Source: Amoebidium appalachense (lineage: Eukaryota > Protista > Ichthyosporea). Taken from it: a DNA stretch of 64,000 nt. Shown piece after piece: positions 52,758 through 64,000 of the stretch (positions within the stretch are counted from its first letter, which is position 1; each line of letters opens with the position of its first letter). Where the stretch lies: contig CAVNZM010000002.1 of NCBI GenBank assembly GCA_963693365.1, forward strand, positions 13,673,615 to 13,737,614, given 5' to 3'. The notes under the pieces are model-generated. The model was not told the DNA's origin. It searched no databases and was given only the letters and a program-made list of their open reading frames with translations. The translations under genes and the position numbers were made by a program.

Positions 52758-54787
52758 TTCTCGGCCCCTTCTTTCTTGTTTTCAGGGGCCCCTTCTTGTT
52801 TTCAGGAACCTGGTTTCTTTTTTCTTGGATGCGAAAAGACAGCGCGGGGGGGGGGGGGGGGAGGAGGGGATTGAAGCCTAGCTTTCAATAAAAGGGAGTG
52901 AGGAGGAGTATTGGGAGAGGGGGGGGGAGGGGGGGGGGAGGAAGGGAAGTTGGTATCTTGGGAAGAGAGGTGGGAGGGAGGGGGGGTGGGGGGGGGGGGG
53001 TGGGGGGGTTGGGGAGGGGGCCAAGAAAGAGCCAGGCGCCAGGGGTATGAAGGTATTAGAAGGGGGCGATGGTAGGAGTGGAAGAGGGCCCCGGGGAGAG
53101 GCGCACGAGAGGGGCGGGGGGGGGGGGGAGGGGGGGGGGGAGGGGGGGGGGGGGGGAGGGGGGGGGGGGGGGGGGGGGGGGGGAGGAGGTTGGGGCAATG
53201 GGGCGATGGTAGGAGTGGAAGCAGACTCCAGAGAGGGGGGGGGGGGGGGAGTGGGAAGGGTGCGCATAAAGAGCATTGGTACAACTATCAGATAGCTCCA
53301 CTGATAATAATAAATCTGCAGATGAGTTCTTTTGACTCGAGAGAATTGTAGTGACTCCGAAATCCGATATCATTCGTGTCTTGTGCAAGTAGTTTCAATG
53401 ATTAATTTTGAACAAAACCATGGCCTACACTGAGTCCTAATATTAGCCAATAAGCACAGCTTTCCACCTATTAATATCCTATAACACCGTCGTAGTATGA
53501 CCCCTCTCCGTTCCCAACCTCTTCTTACGCTTCCTTCAACCTAGTTTCCATATTGTCTCTCCCTGGCGTGCCCTGAGCAAGTGGCTGTTCCTCCCCCCCC
53601 CCCCCCCCCCTCCCCCCCCCCCTCCCCTCCCCCTCCCCCCCTCCTTATGCTCTATTCCCTTCCTCAACCTCCACTGTTTGCCAACCAACACCACCGCTAG
53701 CGCTCAGCCAGGGCCCTCCATTTTGCCCCAAGGCCTTCTTCCTTTTTGGTTCTCAGCAGGGGGAAGCCTTAGCATACATTGCATCCGATGATGTATCATG
53801 CCGTTCTGTGTAGATGGCATACGTATACTACTTCGGCGTTAAGGTGCACAAACAACGCTTAAAACTGTCAACCCTTGGCCTACCACCCAAACAGTCCCAC
53901 ACACAAGTATAATAAGCCTAATTACTACTACTATGCAACGGTTACCATGATTCCAAGAGTGATCCGAGACGGTAATCCCACAGTGAACACTAAGGGTGCC
54001 CCATTACTAATCCCTACTTTATTATGGATTACTAAGTCCCCAACAATATGCCCCACTGCTAATCCCATGGGCCATGCTAGGCTAGGCCCCCTACTTCACC
54101 TGCATAGGCTCATGCCTATCTTGGCCATGGCCATTCTGAAATCTGTTCGTGAGATCGAGGCTGTCCGTGTGCATGCCTTAAACCAGTCACATCCACATTT
54201 TCACTTGTATTGTTCATGACATGATATAATCACCAGATTTTTTCTGCAAACTTGGCATGCTATCATTATTCATATTGCTCATAACATTATACACCAACTC
54301 ATAACAAGCTTGTCACGCATCACTCTCTTGTGCACACTTGCTCAGACTTGCACTCCAAAGTGCGCACACTTTGGGATAACGATGCATTCCTGCACATTCG
54401 TATAACCAATCATAAACTCAAATTAGTTGCTTTATAAAGCAAAAATTTACATCCACCCGTTGGCGAGTCATGATTGGGTTAGAGTTTTGACCCAGTTCAG
54501 TGTGAACGGTTACGTTGCATCATCACGACTCTACAAGAGAACCAAAAAACTAAAGAACCAGAAGTGGTTGAGATTTTAGTTGATTTTTTAATTGAAATCA
54601 CACATACAAAAATATAATAAAGTATTTGTTTTTGTTTTAAAAGGGCTAGTAGGAAGTCTCTGTTTATGGTAATGTCTCTTTAGTCGTTAAGCACATCTGT
54701 TTTACGACCCTCTCCCGGCTTTAAAATAGAACACAGAGTTGTATCACACACACACTGATTCCTTTCAAGAGTTATCAATACATAAAC

Positions 54788-59006
<4,219 letters not shown>

Positions 59007-59136
59007 GCATGAGCCTAGGCGTTTTTTTTTTTTGGTGTCGTGATGCCATCTGGGGGGTGTGGGGAAAAACCCCCCTTCTCAATGCCCGGCATTCCTACGT
59101 CCCTTTACCTCTCGCCTTCTTCCTCCTCTTGGATTC

Positions 59137-59175
<39 letters not shown>

Positions 59176-60277
59176 AACTTCTTTTCCCCCCACCTTGTAT
59201 GCATGTCTATGTTCTGGGCGATAGGTTACTGGGCGGGAGGGGGGGACCTTGGAGAGGTTGAGGATGAGGGAAGGAGAGTGTGCCAGTGGGGGGGGGGGGG
59301 AGGGAGGGGGGGGGGGGGGGGTAAACACGAAATTCGAAATTTGCTGGTGGCGGCGAATGATGCACGAAGAGGAAAATGTTGCGATTCATGAAGGTGAAGA
59401 ATCGTTTTTGGGAAAGGCATAGAAAGATTGTGTGGTTTTAAGTAGAATGGGCGAGGGTAGCGTTGGTACAGTGTGTGACTGTGAGTGTTTGTGTGTGCGT
59501 GTTTGGGGAGGGGGGGGGGGGGGGGGAAGAGAGAGGGGAGCGGGGTTTTTTGTGTGTGTGTGTGGGGGGGGATGTCTGCATGTGTTTCTTAGTTGAATTA
59601 GTTTATTGGTTGGATTTGCTTCTGGTTTCTTGACTGTGCTTGCAGTCTCTGCTCCCGTGTGGTTTTAGTTTAGCCCCTTAGAGACTATGGAGCAACAATG
59701 TGGTGCACGTGTGAAAAACTCGGCCTTTCCTCTCTCCTCCGTCTTTTTCTTCCTTTTTTCTTGTTTTTTCTTAACCCCAAGGAGGAGGTGTTAGGGGGCA
59801 GACGGGTGAGAGGATAGAGGATGGTGTTTGCCGAATATGCCGGAATCTGACATGACAATTGCGATAAATTACGATAGTTCCGGTAGCCTTTATAGGTTTG
59901 GTGTGGATAAGATTCTAGCTCTTAACTCGGTTTATTGTGGGTTGTGTGCTGTGGGTCCAGAATTTAAATATTTGGATGAAGGTCGGTAGGAACAACAAGA
60001 CGATCATCTTTTCGGGTATGGTTTATTAACTTTAATGCGAGACGACAATTGGTCGACATAATTTTTGTAATTATGCTTGACCATGTATTGTCTTTGCACC
60101 CATGTATCCTTAAAGTAAAAAAAAATCCAAGCTCTTCAAGCTTTTCAATGTGCTTTGGGACAATATATAGGTGGGCTTATGGCTTTGCCATCATTGGTGA
60201 TCCGGCCGTGCTGCACATAAATTGCTCTTCGGATCCTCCCCTCCTCCCCACCCCCAACCCCCACCCCCCACCCCCCA

Positions 60278-60486
<209 letters not shown>

Positions 60487-60487
60487 A

Positions 60488-60522
<35 letters not shown>

Positions 60523-60827
60523 TCCTCCACAAACACACACACACACACACACAAACGCTACCGCCCCGCAAACTACACAACCACCATCATCAATCATGCA
60601 CGAGGGATAGTTCAATATCCAATATACATATGCTGGCATAGTAAGAAAAATTGGTAATCACAAACGATTCATTTTCTTACGTATGTAATTAAGATTTGTG
60701 GAGGTGGAGGACGTGGAGGTGGAGGAGGTGGAGGAGGTGGAGGAGGGGGGAGGGGGGAGGGGGGGTAGAGATCTAGAGAGCCTCTGAGAGAGATGAGACG
60801 GCTTTGGGTGAAGAGAGAGCCGCTCCA

Positions 60828-60859
<32 letters not shown>

Positions 60860-61100
60860 TCACGTTAATGAGTCATCAAAAATATAGTTCAGAGCGTCTG
60901 GAATCGCCACCAGCGATATCCGTACCAAGAGTATGTCCAGGTCACGCTGTATATTTGGCAGCCTCAGCAGCGCTGGCAAAAAACCTTAAATAGGTACCTA
61001 TATATGTGCCGAATAAACATGCATATGGTGCATTTATTTGGGAGTGCAAGCACTAACATAGTATTATAATCGCTGGTAGTGGCATAAAGATTGTGTACCA

Positions 61101-61193
61101 ATCAAACGTGGCTCCGTTGGTAATATTACTTATTATTGCAAATTTATCAAACGTGGCCACGTTGGTAATATTACATAATATTGCAAATTTATC
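61101..61193. repeat. 45-bp tandem repeat, two copies, built from short palindromes
   Basis: atcaaacgtggctccgttggtaatattacttattattgcaaattt followed by atcaaacgtggccacgttggtaatattacataatattgcaaattt. Confidence 0.9.
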
Positions 61194-61427
61194 GGTCTAA
61201 ATATCTGCGCATAGCACAAAACTGTCGTCTTAACATTCCAGGTTTTTGTCCCGATAGGTTTATCCCTCCCCCCCCAACCCGCCCCGGGGGGGTCTATGCA
61301 ATTCCCCGAGTCAGACCAAAAAGCCCCCCTCCCCCCCCCCCCCCCCCCCTCCCCTCCCCCCCACTTCCCCCCCAAACAAAAAAAAAGGAGGGGCAGGGGA
61401 AACGGAGCTAATCGATATAATCGGAAT

Positions 61428-61849
61428 CTACGCCACCTCCAACTTCTTCCGAACCTCGGGTGACTCTGCCACCGCATCCGCATACGAAGGAAGGAGAGCC
61501 TCCTTAGACTCCCTCCTCACCAACCCCCTGACCACGCTAACCATTGGTCCATACACTGACTCCCCGTTCTGATTGGTTTGCATTTTTGAATACTTGCAAT
61601 GATTGGTGATAAAAAACCCGTTGCTATGGCGATTGCGGTTGCGTACCATGCATGCGAGAACGCACGTGCACACGCCCAAAATGACCACTCCGACCAGAAA
61701 CACAACGAGAAGGGCCACGAGGCGGGGATGGTCGCTTTCACCAATCAGATGGAGCAGCTTCTTTGTCTGTGGGGCCAAAAAAAATACACCATCAGTCACT
61801 AATATGCATGAATATTAGAGCCCCCCCCCCCCCCCCCCCCCCTCCCACC

Positions 61850-61881
<32 letters not shown>

Positions 61882-62735
61882 CTACGCCCCCCCCCCCCCC
61901 CCCCCCCCCCCCCCCCACACACACATACCTAACCCCCCCCCCCCCCCCCCCCCCCCACTACTTCTCCCCCACGTCCCTCACCAGAAATTATCTGTATTGA
62001 ACAAGTTACTTGAATACACAAAATCCCCCCGGGCTCGGTTCCTGAGCTCTCCTTTTTGGGACTTTTGTGTCTGAGTTGAAATAAAAGAAGCACTCTAAAA
62101 TGCACACCAAGCTCCAAGTTCTCCTCACGTGGGTTACCAATCGGGCGAGCAGTATCATGTTACCATGCCATGTAGCATGCTAGGAGATGTCAGCCGGAAT
62201 GGGATGAGTCGGGGGCAGGAGGGGAGGGGGGGGGGGCAGGGTGTGTGTGTGTGGGAGGGGGGTGGGAGGGAGAAGGGGGGTTCCAGCCGCAAATTCCCCA
62301 TGCACTTACGTAAGAAATCTTCTCGTTTTTGGGCTCTTCAGTCGCAAACGGTGCCTCCGGAAGGGAAGCAACACCCTGTATGTCCGAGTGCATGGATTCC
62401 ATATCGGTTATGACGTCATTTGCTACGTTTTCATTGGTCGTTGCCGTTGTAGGCTTCGATTTCGCCTCGGTGCCATCTGCAGCGGTTTCTGGTTGGGTGC
62501 CACATGCCGGGGTGGCAGGAACCGTCGTTGGTGGTGATTGGATGGTTTTATCTGATGGAGTGATTTGATTGGTTGATTTTGCTGTTATCTCGTCTACGAT
62601 CTGGCGGATGGTGTTGAATGCAACCCTTTCGACAAAGGCGGCGACAAAAGCGACGGTTGGGGTGCCGGTAAAGACCTCGTATGGCCGGGTACGGCTGGTG
62701 AGATGTTTCGCACGGTGTATGTGTGGGTGCAGAAA

Positions 62736-62783
<48 letters not shown>

Positions 62784-62820
62784 CGTGCGCACGCACGCGC
62801 GCGTGTGTGTGTATGTGTAC

Positions 62821-62852
<32 letters not shown>

Positions 62853-63714
62853 ATGTGTGTGTGTATGATGTGTGTGTGTGTACTCCGCGCGCACGCGCGT
62901 GTGTGCGTGTGTGTGCATGCGCGGGTGTGTTTTTAAGGTGGTGGTATGAAGGGCCGGAGAGGGAAAGCAGAGAGAAAGTGGTGGTGTGTGTGGGTTAGTT
63001 TATTATATCATTTTGCAGCAAAGCCAAGAGGTAGAGAACAGCGAAGGGAAATGTGCATGGGCAATGGCCAGGAAAAACTGGACTATTGCCGTGAGTGTGC
63101 ATGTAAGCGTGCCAAAAAAAATTGGGGCAGAGAGGGGGGATCCCATGAGTGGGAGGGAGGGAAGCGCAAGAACAATGATGATGGAGAAAACGGTGGATCC
63201 AACCAGGGGAGGGGAGGAACAGGGGGGGGGGGAGGCGGGGGGGAGGGGGGAGAGGGTAAGGGTGTGAAGAGGGAGTCTCACCAATGATAAAGAGGCTTGT
63301 CTAGGAGTAACCAAACCCAACGGAATTGTGGACACACAGGGTGAGGTCTAAAGAAAAACACTTATGCTAGTATACCGAAGTTCCACCCTGACCCCTTTTT
63401 ACCGGGATGTACCTGTATGCTTTAAGGGTTGGGTAGGTGCTGATGCCCTCTTCTTCACACAGTTGGCTGAAATGCTCACAGTCCACCTATGGAGCACACG
63501 TGCGTTAACGAATATTCTTCTGAATTTCTCCTCCTTTCCTGCTCTTTTTTCTCCCTAAAATCGTTTATTCCCCCATCCAAAACAACCTCAACAGCAAAAC
63601 ACATTCTAAGTAGCCACAGACACGAACAATGACAGATTCATACAGGCCGTTGCATTCTGTTTTTGGTCCCACAACGACACAGCTAGCCTGAGCACCTGAG
63701 CACGTGTGCAGGCG

Positions 63715-63777
<63 letters not shown>

Positions 63778-64000
63778 TTCCTCCCTCCCTCCCCCTCCGG
63801 CACACACACGACCATGGCCTTCCTTCCAAACACATTGCTGGCCGTTTTGCGACACTCCCCTTTTACCCTACTCCTCTTCGCTCCTCTCCCCTTCCCCTTC
63901 CCCGCTTTACCCCCACCGCTTACACAACAATCCCCATCCACACACACACACACCCAGCCCCACCCAGAGGACGGGCCAAGAGAAGGAAGAAAGCGGATGA
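61428..64000 (-). CDS. Single-pass type I membrane protein, 5'-partial: signal peptide, small Cys-containing head, Thr/Pro-rich stalk, transmembrane helix, cytosolic tail with LPSY motif
   Basis: Minus-strand GT-AG exons with consistent phases: 64000-63964, 63695-63644, 63347-63282, 62694-62310, 61766-61428 (879 nt, TAG). Reads [57 protein letters not shown]..., with transmembrane segment [26 protein letters not shown] followed by RNRNRH. The start codon lies beyond the window. The last two exons are better supported than the three small ones. Confidence 0.7.

Noticed and set aside
53875-54219. 114-aa ORF upstream of STK32
   Set aside because: It has a non-ATG start, no recognisable motif and no splice support. 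It is likely intergenic or promoter sequence.

Overview
Intron-rich eukaryotic nuclear DNA using the standard genetic code. The gene set (STK32/YANK, ARL6IP4, WSC domain) suggests an opisthokont, possibly a unicellular holozoan; this is inference only. Introns and intergenic DNA are saturated with poly-C/poly-G, (CA)n/(GT)n and (CT)n tracts, so nearly all entries in the ORF track are artefacts. Manual splicing with phase checking gives six coding genes and two disabled gene copies. (1) A 14-exon secreted 834-aa protein at 486-11107 (+): WSC domain, two W-x-D-x-x-G...DYCR repeats, a beta-rich region with aerolysin/ETX-MTX2-like spacing, and a Gly/Leu tail. (2) Two tandem, independently disabled copies of an orphan gene at 14416-19834 (-). 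(3) ARL6IP4/SR-25-like gene at 20291-24592 (+). (4) An intronless Cys-type glutathione peroxidase at 26137-26622 (+). (5) A 19-exon, 2456-aa protein at 32046-51413 (+) that fuses a 7-blade FG-GAP propeller and ASPIC/UnbV domain (CRTAC1-like) to a roughly 1,900-aa Ala/Thr/Ser-rich 11-mer amphipathic repeat tail. (6) STK32/YANK kinase at 54788-59006 (+). (7) A 5'-truncated type I membrane protein at 61428-64000 (-). The most notable observations are the propeller/giant-amphipathic-helix fusion, the candidate WSC-targeted pore-forming protein, dense RFX/NF-Y/E-box/CRE motifs inside coding exons, and an unusual intron grammar with poly-C after donors and (CA)n acceptors.
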